In this document: in pieces, positions 20,284-30,509 of the stretch
How the letters are laid out: every line of letters starts with the position of its first letter
Position numbering within the stretch: the first letter of the stretch is position 1
IMG/VR virus record: IMGVR_UViG_3300042731_007874
Reading direction: 5' to 3' (one strand)
Source: a virus
DNA: 64,000 bases
Program-made: the position numbers and the translations under genes
Notes under the pieces: model-generated
What the model saw: the letters and a program-made list of their open reading frames with translations, nothing else
What the model was told of the DNA's origin: nothing
The model's database searches: none

Positions 20284-23200
20284 GTAACATTTATAAAAAA
20301 ATAAACTTTTCTTCTGTGTTGGCTGCGCGGCTTAAAGTTCTACTTGATTCAATTAACGAGACCTATACTTCTGGAGCGATGGCTTTAGAAAGTGATTTAG
20401 TAAGCCTATATCACAATTCACTAGAATTGTTTTTTGAGTCACTGAGTCAGTCAGTCTCTAAAAGTCTTTTTAATATAAAAGAAGGTTTACCTTCCGACCC
20501 AAGAGGGGTCAATTTATTTACTGGTTCTGTTCAGCAAGATCTTCAGTGTGTTTTTGCTGAGACTGGAGCTTTAGATAAATTAATTTCTGCAAGTTTTAAT
20601 GCCGTTTTAGTAGAGAAAGAACAGGTTTTGCAGATATTGAAAAGAACAGCCAGTAAAATTGGAGATTATCTTCTTTATGCAGATCCTTCTTTAGGAGCAG
20701 GGTTTTTCTTTGGTGATTCTTTTAACACGTCAGATAGGTTAGATTTAGGATCTTCTTTAGTAGAAGGAGAGGAATGTTATCACTCTCCAGAAGAGGGAGC
20801 TGTTTTCCTTCCGTTAGACGGCACTCCAATAAGGCCAAAAATTGATTCAGTGATTATAAATAAACCTAGCAACGGAACAAGAGGTAACAACCATCAGCTA
20901 GATATTACTGGCCATAACGAGATTGAAGTAATTACAGATGGAAAACCAAACACATGGTTTGAATACGAGAGTGTTGTTTCTAATGAGGTTAATACTCCTT
21001 TGGTATTAGACTTAACAATAAAACTCAAAGAGATTGCTGTTATAAACCATATTCATATTAACGCTATGTTTTTTGGAACGCCAACAACAATAAAAATCTC
21101 ATCAATTAGTACTTCGGTTGATGGCAAAGAGTATCTTTCTGTTAAAGATGAGGTTCCAGTTGCGGATTTTTTATTAGAAGATGAAGAAAACATATTTAGT
21201 CTTTCCCCTGCTTCGTCTAAGTTTGCAGGACAAGGATTTTATTCTTTTCTGGCACGTAAAGCTCAATTCGTTAATGTTGTTCTTGAACAAAGTTCTCCTT
21301 ACCCTATAGAAACAATAAACGGATCTAGATTAAGATATGCTATTGGTTTAAGAGATATTAATATATTAAGCCGAAAGTTTTTAGAATCAGGAAGTATTGT
21401 TAGTCGTTCTTTTGATGTAGAATCAGAGGTTAAAAAGGTTAGTCTTCTTGCGTCTGAAAACCCACTAGAGCCTTCTGTTCTGGCTTCTATTAATCATTTT
21501 GTTTCCCATAATGATGGTGCTGAATGGTGGGGGATTCAGCCCCAAAATGTAGATGCTTATGGAATTCCAGAAATTATTAACTATAATACTTATGAACAAA
21601 AAGCAATTATCACAGAAACCTCTGTTTCTTCTTTTAGGCACAAAATCTCTATGTCACGAGACAAGGCGGCATTTGAAGGAGGGCAAATTATAACAACAGA
21701 AACGATTCCAAAAGTAGAAATTTCTGATTTACCCTCTGGTGGAGAATTTGAAATATTTTTAAAAGAGAAGCCAGTTGAAGAAAGCATAAGGGTTCTCCTT
21801 CCTTATGTAGGTTCTTTTAGTTGTCCAAGAGATAGAGCTGGAGATTCTGTTGCAGAAGAATCTGCACCAATGGATTTGGATTTTGTCGAGTTTTCTGTTG
21901 ATGCCTCAAGTGACACTTCTCTAAGATATAAGCTTCCTTTTAAAGGGATCCCGAATCTTGAGAAACACATTAGGGTTTTTGTTAATAGGGCTCAGATTGA
22001 ATATTGTCCTAAAACAATAGACGCTTTCTCTTCTCCCACTCCGACTTCTTATGCGTCTATTGACAGCGAGAGTAGAGTTTATTTTCTTAATAAGAAAGGG
22101 AAGGAGCTTCAATTTGGATATACAGACTCAACTGGAATCCAAAGAGGTTTTATCCCCCCAGCAGGATCAAAGATTTCCGTTTGTTTAGATGGAGATAATC
22201 CTCTGTTAGAACTTACTGACAAAGGATATCAGATTCATTTTTCTGCTCCGTCTGACGGAAATACAGAAACAACTAGTCTTGTGGCCTTAAAAACACTAGA
22301 AGAAGAAGGAGCTTGTTCTTATGAAATTGAAATTCCTTCAGGATCAAGAACATGGATCGCTCCAATTGCAACTCAGTCAATAGGAGAGTATTTATCTTCA
22401 GATACAACAAAAGAAGACCTCGGTAAGTATACCTCTTCTAATGCTTCTAATACGAAAGAAGGTACGTCTGATTCTGTTGAGGTTGATACTGGTGCTTTTC
22501 TTCCTTTGTTTTTAAGCGGAATCTCTAATTTTGAACTTAAAGAATATGACTTAAGTGGAAATCTAATCACAGGAGATGATCGTCAATTTACAGACAAGAG
22601 AGAATATGTTGATGGATATCTAGAGCTGTATGGCTGGTTTGGAGACGACTATCAAGATCGATATACTTTTGATGCTGAAACCGGCACAGTGTATCTAAGT
22701 ATTCCCGCTCCAAAAGATAGAAAAGTTGTTTTAGTATGTAAGAAGATAGAGGCTTTTAAAATTCCTTCTTCTTCGTGGAATTTCGATAAAGGGATTGTCT
22801 CTAATAGAATTGACACCCAAAAAGTATTGCTCGATCCTTCTGTTGTTTATACAGTTCCTTTAGAATATTACTATTCAACTACAACAGATAATCAGAAAAG
22901 TATTTCATTATTCACTGGCAATAGTGAACAACATAATTGGTTTAATAAACGTCTTGTAAAAGGTACCGTTAAGCCAGATCAAAGATTTTTTGTCTCGGGA
23001 GCAAAACCTTTAGAGGTAACTTTTATTGATGGTAAAACTGAATTTCAAACTGTAAAAGAATCTAACTTAGAACCTTTAACTTTTAGTTCTGTCTCTACTA
23101 ATTTATGGTCGGCTACTTTGTCTCAAATTTCTAGCACTCAAACTCTTGCCTCTTCTGTAACATTTGCTCCTGTAAGATCGACAAATAGTGCTCTTACTCC

Positions 23201-23744
23201 AACCAACCAGTTTAGTCTTGGTGGAGAAAAAGAATCTTTTGCTGAGCTTAGCTCTAATGGATCAGATGGAGACTGGGCTGTAGAAAATGGAGTCGTAAGA
23301 CTATTTTTGTCCTCTACTCCTGCCGATCATACAGCGTCATACAAGTATCAAGTTGTCGATCCTGGAATAGACACCGAAAGTCTTTATTCAATAGATTATA
23401 TTAATGGAGTGATTTATTTTGCATCTCCTATTCAAAATAACGGGATTGTAAAATATGAGATTTCTGCCTACAGTGCATTTTATAACATTAGTGAAGTAAT
23501 AAAAGATACAGATATCTCAGAAATAAATCCAGAAGAAAAAACAGTTAAGTTCAAAACGGCGTTTGGGATGAGATTTCTAAAACAAGATCTTGCCTCCAAA
23601 ACAAGACCGCAAGTTTTAAAAATACTATATAATTATAATAAAGAATCTGTTGAATCTTTAGCTGACTTGGAACCTTATTTTTCGCCTGTTTGTAAAGATG
23701 TCGCCTTCCGAGCTGTAACTTCTGATTTACTGGAGTTGCTATAA
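20280..23744 (+). CDS. Large structural protein (paralog-like to neighbours)
   Basis: 1154 aa; ITDGKPNTWFEYE...LDLTIKL discoidin-like pattern; YSIDYINGVIYF and YTFDAETGTVYL modules. Confidence 0.5.
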   Translation: MSNIYKKINFSSVLAARLKVLLDSINETYTSGAMALESDLVSLYHNSLELFFESLSQSVSKSLFNIKEGLPSDPRGVNLFTGSVQQDLQCVFAETGALDKLISASFNAVLVEKEQVLQILKRTASKIGDYLLYADPSLGAGFFFGDSFNTSDRLDLGSSLVEGEECYHSPEEGAVFLPLDGTPIRPKIDSVIINKPSNGTRGNNHQLDITGHNEIEVITDGKPNTWFEYESVVSNEVNTPLVLDLTIKLKEIAVINHIHINAMFFGTPTTIKISSISTSVDGKEYLSVKDEVPVADFLLEDEENIFSLSPASSKFAGQGFYSFLARKAQFVNVVLEQSSPYPIETINGSRLRYAIGLRDINILSRKFLESGSIVSRSFDVESEVKKVSLLASENPLEPSVLASINHFVSHNDGAEWWGIQPQNVDAYGIPEIINYNTYEQKAIITETSVSSFRHKISMSRDKAAFEGGQIITTETIPKVEISDLPSGGEFEIFLKEKPVEESIRVLLPYVGSFSCPRDRAGDSVAEESAPMDLDFVEFSVDASSDTSLRYKLPFKGIPNLEKHIRVFVNRAQIEYCPKTIDAFSSPTPTSYASIDSESRVYFLNKKGKELQFGYTDSTGIQRGFIPPAGSKISVCLDGDNPLLELTDKGYQIHFSAPSDGNTETTSLVALKTLEEEGACSYEIEIPSGSRTWIAPIATQSIGEYLSSDTTKEDLGKYTSSNASNTKEGTSDSVEVDTGAFLPLFLSGISNFELKEYDLSGNLITGDDRQFTDKREYVDGYLELYGWFGDDYQDRYTFDAETGTVYLSIPAPKDRKVVLVCKKIEAFKIPSSSWNFDKGIVSNRIDTQKVLLDPSVVYTVPLEYYYSTTTDNQKSISLFTGNSEQHNWFNKRLVKGTVKPDQRFFVSGAKPLEVTFIDGKTEFQTVKESNLEPLTFSSVSTNLWSATLSQISSTQTLASSVTFAPVRSTNSALTPTNQFSLGGEKESFAELSSNGSDGDWAVENGVVRLFLSSTPADHTASYKYQVVDPGIDTESLYSIDYINGVIYFASPIQNNGIVKYEISAYSAFYNISEVIKDTDISEINPEEKTVKFKTAFGMRFLKQDLASKTRPQVLKILYNYNKESVESLADLEPYFSPVCKDVAFRAVTSDLLELL

Positions 23745-25867
23745 TGTCATTAGTAAAAACATACAATGAATTTATACTGGAAAAGATTTTTAAAGAATCT
23801 TTATATGATGGAGTTGTTTTAACAACAGAGGAATTAGAAGCAGCTTTAGAGACTTATAAACAACTTCACTTAGATTTATCTTTTCCCTATATTAAATACG
23901 TTGATTTGTTAGTAGAAGAGAGAGGCTCTTCTTCAAGTGCAAGTTTAATAAAGAATATTGTTGATGCTTTTTCTGATGATGTTTCTGTTATTACAAGAGA
24001 AATCTATTCAATCGCTGACAATAGTAGTAGATATCACGAACGTTGGATTTCTGAATTAGAAAGATTAAGAGTTAAATCGAAAAAGTTAGAAAATAGGATT
24101 GACGCTTTATTATTGCTTGCGAATAACACAGCTGGATATTATGCGTCAATTGTTGATCCTCTATCTGACTTGAATTATGTTGATACGGAAAACACCACTG
24201 CTCTGGTAGACACTATTGCGAACAATGTATTTATAAAGCGCGGGACAGAAAACTCTGGTTCATTAACTCAAGTAAATACAAATTCTATTACTTACAAAGA
24301 CATCAGTTTCTCTCCAATAAGCAGAAGAGGAAATACTTTTTATACAGAAATGTCGACCAATAACTCCGTAGTTCAAATATTAAAAAATCAGAATACGACT
24401 TGGGTTGGAAAAATAAGTTGTTCTACAAAAGGACCAATGACGGCAGAATTAAAGATTCATCTCTCAAACGAACAAAAAGAGATTTCAAGGATTGTTATTG
24501 ATTCCAATACTCCACATGGTCACAGAACAACCGTTACTGCTCTTTATTCTGTTGATAGCCACAACTGGAACATAGTTCCATCTAAACAAGCAACTCAGTA
24601 TCTTTATGATAGTATTGCCTGGAATTTTTCAAAAAGATCCGCAAGGTGGGTAAAATTTATTTTTTATAAAACAAGTCATGATTCTGGGTTTTATGAATAT
24701 ATTTATTCTTTAAGATCTATAAGATTTTATAAAGACGCTTATTATGAAGACAATGGAAATCTTTTTTATAGTATTCCGATGTCTGTTTTAAAAACAGATG
24801 ACACGTTATATTCTTTTGCAAAAGCCCAATTAGATGTTTGTGAAGTGTTACCCACAAATACAAATATAAAATATTCATTGGCGGCTTCAAAAGACAACTC
24901 TACTTGGACCTCCTGGTATTCTATAAACCCTTCTACTAGAGAAGACGTTAACTATCCTAAAATAGTAGCTTTTTCCGGGATTGACTGGAAAGATAATACT
25001 AGTAGTGATATTACAGAGTTAAATTCTTCTTATGAAAAGAATGTTTTAGTTTCAACTTTCGATGATTCTGACATTGAAACTTATCGACTACGGCCTTCTT
25101 GCGCAGTTGTAAATAGTAAAATTTCTATCTCTTCGGAAGAAGATTTAGAGCCAGTTGCCAATAGTGTAGTGGTCTGGAGAAATACTTTAGACAGAAGCAC
25201 CTTCCCTGATACTACAACAGTAAGAGATGTTGTTAGAGGATGGTCTTTGAATGGCCAAACTTATGGTTGCTATTTTGAGATCTTAAATCCAAACGGACGT
25301 CTTATTGATTTTGGAGCGAGAGAATGTGTTCTTGATGGGAATAACGTAAGTGGGGTTGTTAATTTAGGGATGGGTGTTCATAAATTTCAAACCGCAGCAG
25401 AAAATTGGTTTGATATTTCTTCGTCTATAGAGTCAATCTCTGTTGGATCCGAAGAGATTTTAAAGTCCGTAGATCCTCTTTACCCCTATAACCATAAACT
25501 TTTAGTTGAGGGATTCCCTTATCTTCTTGGTTTTGAAGGAACTAAAGTTTATTTAGGGGCAGATCGAGTTGCAGAATCTTATATGAAGCGGGTCAGCTTG
25601 TTTGATCTAGAAAATAATATTTTTGATTATGATTCTTTTGCGATTAGGGACATTAGTAATGCAGAAAACAATCCTATTATTGGAATTGTTGTTCGTTATA
25701 ACCAAGAGAATGTAGATTTTGTAAATGAACTCTTTCTTGTCAAGTGGCGTTCTGGAGGAGATAACGCTTCTTTATATAAGTATATAAAATTACAAGCAGA
25801 ATTATTGACAGATGACAGTGAGACTTCTCCATCGTTTTCTTCTTATAGAATTAAGCTTGGAGTTTAA
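23744..25867 (+). CDS. Large structural protein (paralog-like to neighbours)
   Basis: 707 aa; coiled-coil N-terminus, ISRIVID...VTALYSVDSHNW...ARWVKFIF discoidin-like pattern, terminal SPSFSSYRIKL. Confidence 0.5.
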   Translation: MSLVKTYNEFILEKIFKESLYDGVVLTTEELEAALETYKQLHLDLSFPYIKYVDLLVEERGSSSSASLIKNIVDAFSDDVSVITREIYSIADNSSRYHERWISELERLRVKSKKLENRIDALLLLANNTAGYYASIVDPLSDLNYVDTENTTALVDTIANNVFIKRGTENSGSLTQVNTNSITYKDISFSPISRRGNTFYTEMSTNNSVVQILKNQNTTWVGKISCSTKGPMTAELKIHLSNEQKEISRIVIDSNTPHGHRTTVTALYSVDSHNWNIVPSKQATQYLYDSIAWNFSKRSARWVKFIFYKTSHDSGFYEYIYSLRSIRFYKDAYYEDNGNLFYSIPMSVLKTDDTLYSFAKAQLDVCEVLPTNTNIKYSLAASKDNSTWTSWYSINPSTREDVNYPKIVAFSGIDWKDNTSSDITELNSSYEKNVLVSTFDDSDIETYRLRPSCAVVNSKISISSEEDLEPVANSVVVWRNTLDRSTFPDTTTVRDVVRGWSLNGQTYGCYFEILNPNGRLIDFGARECVLDGNNVSGVVNLGMGVHKFQTAAENWFDISSSIESISVGSEEILKSVDPLYPYNHKLLVEGFPYLLGFEGTKVYLGADRVAESYMKRVSLFDLENNIFDYDSFAIRDISNAENNPIIGIVVRYNQENVDFVNELFLVKWRSGGDNASLYKYIKLQAELLTDDSETSPSFSSYRIKLGV

Positions 25868-25894
25868 TGTTACAATAATATTTGGAGGTAGAGA

Positions 25895-28800
25895 ATGACG
25901 CAACATTTCAACTGGTCATGGGTAGACACGTTGTCTTCGACCCTAAAAGCGTCGGCCTCAGTTGATCAAAGCAGCGGTACCTTTTATTCTTTTCGAACTG
26001 CAGCAAGAGGATCTATTAGTTCTACAGAGCTGAATGCTTCTTTAGATTCAATGAAATCGAACCTAAACCATCAGTGGAGGTTGTGGCAAAATAATATTCG
26101 TCCTGTCTTAGATTCCCTCCCTGCAGGAGCAAGAGACACTAGGTGGAGAGTGGGGAAAGGACTTCCTCCTAAGATTGATGCCTTAACATATGGCCTCCAA
26201 GGAACTACGCTGTTTGTATTTAACGACGCAAACGCAATTCGGGCTAGTGGTCGGTATTGGGACACTGATACTGAACGCCCAATTACTATCGCAGAAGCCT
26301 TTGAAAACTTATGGTATGCTATTGATAATTTAGAAATAACTTCTACTTCTCCAACTCCTTCTTCGGTTGATTTGGATCCTTTATGGAACGCTATTGGATA
26401 TCATTATCAAGATCCTTCATTAACTTCTTCTTCAGAATCTTTAGACTCTAGAGTTGGAGTTACAGAAGACTGGCTGGAGCAGTTAAAGAAAGATTTATAT
26501 GGGAATCATGAAGGTTATCTCCCTTGGACATTTGGGGTTCCTTTATCTTATAGCGTAGCAATGAATATAGATTATCTCCTGAAAGCCCATGGAATTCCAG
26601 GAGGTTGGCAAGAAGATCCTAGTCTTCTTGGACATGACACTTTCGCTACTGCAGAACACACTCACCCTTATACAGATATTAGACCAATGCCATCAGTAAC
26701 TTTGTCTCAAGGCAGAGTTGCTCCGTATAGTACTTTATATAACGACATTCTTCGTATCAGATGGGAAATTACAAGAACAAGAGGATCTTCTTCTTGGTAT
26801 ACTGATGCTACAGATCCAGTTACTTCGGCTGCAGGAGACCTAAATACACATATGAATTACGTGGGGTCTGGTTCTTCTTCTGTTTCTAACCCTCATGCCT
26901 TGAATTATTCTGATATCGGAGCCGATACTCTTCTAGAGAACTTAGCGCGTTTTGTAGGGATGACAGACTACACAAGTATAGTTGAAATGCCTACGTACTC
27001 TTCTACTAATTATGTCACCCAGGCAGGAGATTTAGAACAAGCTATAGGAGAGTTAGACGCAGCTATTAAAGACGCTATTACTGGGTTTGTTTCTAGAGTT
27101 GAATATGGACCTTATGACCGAAGTGGACTCTCTGATACTCAACGAGAGCAAACTCCAATTACTATTGTACACGGATATGGGCAAGAACCAGTTGTTAATA
27201 TTATCGATTTGTCTCCAGACCAGCAAGCCTGGGGAATGTATAGCACTCCAACATCAGATGTTGTAATTGACTTCCCAGATCTTAATACAATTCGTATTTG
27301 GACAAATGCTGAAATAGTAAAAGCAATCTGTCTTTTTGGCGGCGTCGCTGGAGGTGGAGGAGAAGGGACGACCGATCATGGTAGCTTAGGTGGATTGCTG
27401 GATGACGACCATCTGCAATACTTGTTGGTCTCTGGGGCTAGAGCTATGGCTGGGAACCTTAACATGGCCAGCTATAAAGTTCATACTACTTCTGGAACTC
27501 TAAAATTTTCTGATAGTTATAACGGGTCTTCTTCTTGGTCTCAGACTTATATTAACTTAGCTGCTTCAGCTGCAGAGTGGACTTTGTTCGAAACTAACTT
27601 TGGAGGAGAAGTTAGTTTAATGAACGCTATTAACCAGGCTTACGCTGCAGGAGGAGGAACACCTTTACTTACAGATACCTACATCGGCGTAGGGAATTCT
27701 TCAAATCAATTAAGCGGATCAGCAAATTTAACTTACGATCCAGATGGAGATAAATGGCTTCGGATTGGTATCGGTACTCCGGGCCATCTTGTTTCCGGAC
27801 CGCCGCCATTTGGGGACGTTGATTGTCTTTATGTTGTCGGGCCATCTGAATTCGATGGCGTTGTCAATCTCGATGCAGGTGCCAGAGTCTACGATGACCA
27901 AACAATCCGGTTTGGTGATGGGTCTGATGCTACTATTGGTTTCAACACGGACCAAACAAATGATATGCTTATACTCGGACTCGCAAGCCCGAGAGTGTTT
28001 GTGATTTGTGAAAAAGCAGACATAGCAACTGACTTTGGACATGCTGCTTCGACAGATCCAGCGTTAGTAATACAAAGCGCAGACGCAACAACAGTAGCAC
28101 AGTATATTTCTCTTTCTCATAACCAGACACACGCACATTTGATTTCAGGAGTAGGGTCTTTCCAATTTGAAGACGCCTATTTAGATGGCTCTACTTATGA
28201 TACTGCATTTGTATTAGCTGACGCGTCCGGTGAGTATGATACGTTCGAAACTAATTTTGGAGAAGTTAGTTTAATCAATGCCCTTAACCAAGCTTACGCT
28301 GCAGGAGGAGGAACACCTTCACTTACAGATACTTATATCGGCGTAGGAAACTCTTCAAATCAACTTTCTGGTTCTGCTAACCTAACCTACGATTCAGATG
28401 GCAACAGGTGGCTTCAGATTGGTACAGGGACGCCGAACAGGCTAAGTGGAAACGACTGTCTTTATGTAACCGGGCTCTCTGAATTTGATAGCCGAGTCGA
28501 TTTTGAAGTCGGAACTTATTTTCGCGGCGGATTTTATGTATTAGATAATCGTCTTATAAGACTTGGAACTAGCGATGATTCTCAGTTAGTTTATGCGGCT
28601 AGCTCACAAACAAATCCAGCTGTTTTATGGGGATTGACCGCAGAATCCAACACGCTGATATTTTGCGAGACTGCAGATATGGCGACTAATTTCGACCATG
28701 CTGCCTATACCGATCCGACATTAGTAATACAGAGTGCAGACGCGACAGACATTACACAATATGGTAGACTCACGCATGATCAAACAGATTTTGTTATTGC

Positions 28801-29518
28801 TGCAGGTTCTGGGTCAGTTAGGATTTCAAATGCCGATGTAGGTGGAGGATCTTCTCCTCTTATTGTAGATAATGCTTCTGATTCTTTATATTCTATTTGG
28901 TTGGAAGCATATGACGGAGATGGATCTATTATCTGGTCTGACGAGCCTATTTATCTCGGAATGACAGAAGGTTACTATTCTCCTTACTTTATGGTTGATG
29001 GTATACAAGGAGAAACTTATTACGCTGCCGCAGAGATGGGACTCAATGATTCTGATGCCTACTTAAGAATATATAGATCTGGCGGAGCAGACTATGATGC
29101 GACTTTTTCCGGTATTGATCAGGTACTTTTTGACGTAAATACACTTTCTCTTAGTTCGAGTCCAAATAACGCAGCGATCAAAAACGCTAATTCTATTTCT
29201 TTCGGAGCAACCGTTCCTAATGCAACAGGAATTACTTCTGGAACTCTATCTATAGATTGGGAAGAAAGATGTATGCAGCGAGTTACTGTAGATGAAAACG
29301 TAACAACTGTAACTTTCTCTAATAACCCAAACGGTATTGGAAGAATTTCTATTTTGTTATCTTTTACTGGATCTTATTCTGTTACTGGTTTTACGGGCTG
29401 TACTTGGGCAGGTACTTCTCCTCCATTTAGCGGGACATCAGGAGAAGTCTATATACTTACTTTCGAATATCATGGTTCTTCTACTTATTACGGTATAATA
29501 TCAGGACCTTTTAGTTAA
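25895..29518 (+). CDS. Long tail fibre / receptor-binding protein with internal module duplication
   Basis: SD GGAGG; NPHALNYSDIGA and DHGSLGGLLDDDHLQY fibre motifs; C-terminal TLSIDW...VTV...TVTFSN...TWAGTSPP module typical of phage fibres. Confidence 0.75.
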   Translation: MTQHFNWSWVDTLSSTLKASASVDQSSGTFYSFRTAARGSISSTELNASLDSMKSNLNHQWRLWQNNIRPVLDSLPAGARDTRWRVGKGLPPKIDALTYGLQGTTLFVFNDANAIRASGRYWDTDTERPITIAEAFENLWYAIDNLEITSTSPTPSSVDLDPLWNAIGYHYQDPSLTSSSESLDSRVGVTEDWLEQLKKDLYGNHEGYLPWTFGVPLSYSVAMNIDYLLKAHGIPGGWQEDPSLLGHDTFATAEHTHPYTDIRPMPSVTLSQGRVAPYSTLYNDILRIRWEITRTRGSSSWYTDATDPVTSAAGDLNTHMNYVGSGSSSVSNPHALNYSDIGADTLLENLARFVGMTDYTSIVEMPTYSSTNYVTQAGDLEQAIGELDAAIKDAITGFVSRVEYGPYDRSGLSDTQREQTPITIVHGYGQEPVVNIIDLSPDQQAWGMYSTPTSDVVIDFPDLNTIRIWTNAEIVKAICLFGGVAGGGGEGTTDHGSLGGLLDDDHLQYLLVSGARAMAGNLNMASYKVHTTSGTLKFSDSYNGSSSWSQTYINLAASAAEWTLFETNFGGEVSLMNAINQAYAAGGGTPLLTDTYIGVGNSSNQLSGSANLTYDPDGDKWLRIGIGTPGHLVSGPPPFGDVDCLYVVGPSEFDGVVNLDAGARVYDDQTIRFGDGSDATIGFNTDQTNDMLILGLASPRVFVICEKADIATDFGHAASTDPALVIQSADATTVAQYISLSHNQTHAHLISGVGSFQFEDAYLDGSTYDTAFVLADASGEYDTFETNFGEVSLINALNQAYAAGGGTPSLTDTYIGVGNSSNQLSGSANLTYDSDGNRWLQIGTGTPNRLSGNDCLYVTGLSEFDSRVDFEVGTYFRGGFYVLDNRLIRLGTSDDSQLVYAASSQTNPAVLWGLTAESNTLIFCETADMATNFDHAAYTDPTLVIQSADATDITQYGRLTHDQTDFVIAAGSGSVRISNADVGGGSSPLIVDNASDSLYSIWLEAYDGDGSIIWSDEPIYLGMTEGYYSPYFMVDGIQGETYYAAAEMGLNDSDAYLRIYRSGGADYDATFSGIDQVLFDVNTLSLSSSPNNAAIKNANSISFGATVPNATGITSGTLSIDWEERCMQRVTVDENVTTVTFSNNPNGIGRISILLSFTGSYSVTGFTGCTWAGTSPPFSGTSGEVYILTFEYHGSSTYYGIISGPFS
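27500..28820 (+). repeat. Tandem duplication of a ~219-codon fibre module
   Basis: TTCGAAACTAA at 27587 and 28244 (period 657 nt); both copies encode FETNFG(G)EVSL.NA.NQAYAAGGGTP.LTDTYIGVGNSSNQLSGSANLTYD...DCLYV.G.SEFD...DP.LVIQSADAT. Confidence 0.9.
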
Positions 29519-29519
29519 A

Positions 29520-30191
29520 ATGGGAACAACTTTTATAGCTTATAATTTTGACACGGCTAACGGAGCAACAGAGATTACTGTCGATAAGCCTACAGGGACG
29601 GTAGACAATGATCTAATGTTTACTCTTGTGGCAAGAGAAAATTCTACTGAAAATCCAACTCCTCCTTCCGGATGGACCAAACTTGCTTCTGCTGCCCCTT
29701 CGAGCCATAAATTTTGGTTTTATTATAAAGTTGCTTCTTCAGAAGGAAGTGACTACACTTGGACTTGGACAATTAATAGAGATATTGCAGTAATGATAGC
29801 TACTTATCGTGGTGGGTTTGATCCTTCTGATTCTATTGACTATGATCCTCCTGATAACGACACCTATGTAGTAAACGATACAACCATAAGGGCTAGTTCT
29901 ATTGATGTTGCTGCAGACAATAGTGTTTTAATTTTTGCAGGAGGTTGTGACCATTCGTCAGCTGTTTCTTTTACACCTCCAACTTCTTTTATAGAAGATG
30001 CCGAAGACGGAGAAACTTCCGGCACTGCAGATTATCATATGACTATGACTCATTATAACGGTGCTAGTGCCGGAGCAACAGGAAATATAGATGGAACTTT
30101 ATCTGTTTCCTCAATTACTAAACAAGCCTTTCTTGTTTCATTAAATCCTCTTCCTAATATAGGAGGGTTATTTTTTGGGGCTGGAAGTTAA
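29520..30191 (+). CDS. Tail-fibre-associated structural protein
   Basis: ITVDKPTGTVDNDLM...TPPSGWTKL...WFYYKVASSE..DYTWT pattern frequent in phage minor tail proteins; lies between two fibre genes. Confidence 0.55.
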   Translation: MGTTFIAYNFDTANGATEITVDKPTGTVDNDLMFTLVARENSTENPTPPSGWTKLASAAPSSHKFWFYYKVASSEGSDYTWTWTINRDIAVMIATYRGGFDPSDSIDYDPPDNDTYVVNDTTIRASSIDVAADNSVLIFAGGCDHSSAVSFTPPTSFIEDAEDGETSGTADYHMTMTHYNGASAGATGNIDGTLSVSSITKQAFLVSLNPLPNIGGLFFGAGS

Positions 30192-30212
30192 TTAATATGA
30201 AGGTGATGTTTC

Positions 30213-30509
30213 TTGAGTAAAAAAGTAAAGAAAACAAAACCCGAAGAAATAATCCCAGAGCATGTCTTAAATGGAGAAATTACTTCGGTTAGGGTTTATT
30301 TTGACGATAATGGAGAACATTATATTAAAATCATAACGACAGGAGAAATTGAAAGACAAGATTTATTATGGGACGACATGACAAATCAAGAAAAAAAGTT
30401 ATGTACCGATGCTTGGGATCTTGCTCTTGATCACCTAGATGTAGAAGAATCGATGGGAAGTTTTATTCCGAAAACTAGGAGTAATTATGTCAAAATCAAA
30501 AATAGATAG
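30213..30509 (+). CDS. Hypothetical protein (possible fibre chaperone)
   Basis: TTG start after GAAGGTG; small acidic protein overlapping the next fibre gene. Confidence 0.45.
   Translation: MSKKVKKTKPEEIIPEHVLNGEITSVRVYFDDNGEHYIKIITTGEIERQDLLWDDMTNQEKKLCTDAWDLALDHLDVEESMGSFIPKTRSNYVKIKNR

Noticed and set aside
28377-28386. Second copy of the insert sequence (CTAACCTAA, reverse complement of TTAGGTTAG) in the fibre gene
   Set aside because: It encodes ordinary ANLT codons in an intact frame; a 9-10 nt match is expected by chance in 64 kb of AT-rich DNA.
27500-28820. Diversity-generating retroelement template/variable repeat pair
   Set aside because: Differences between copies include many C/T and other non-adenine changes, mostly synonymous; both copies are in-frame coding; no reverse transcriptase is in the window.
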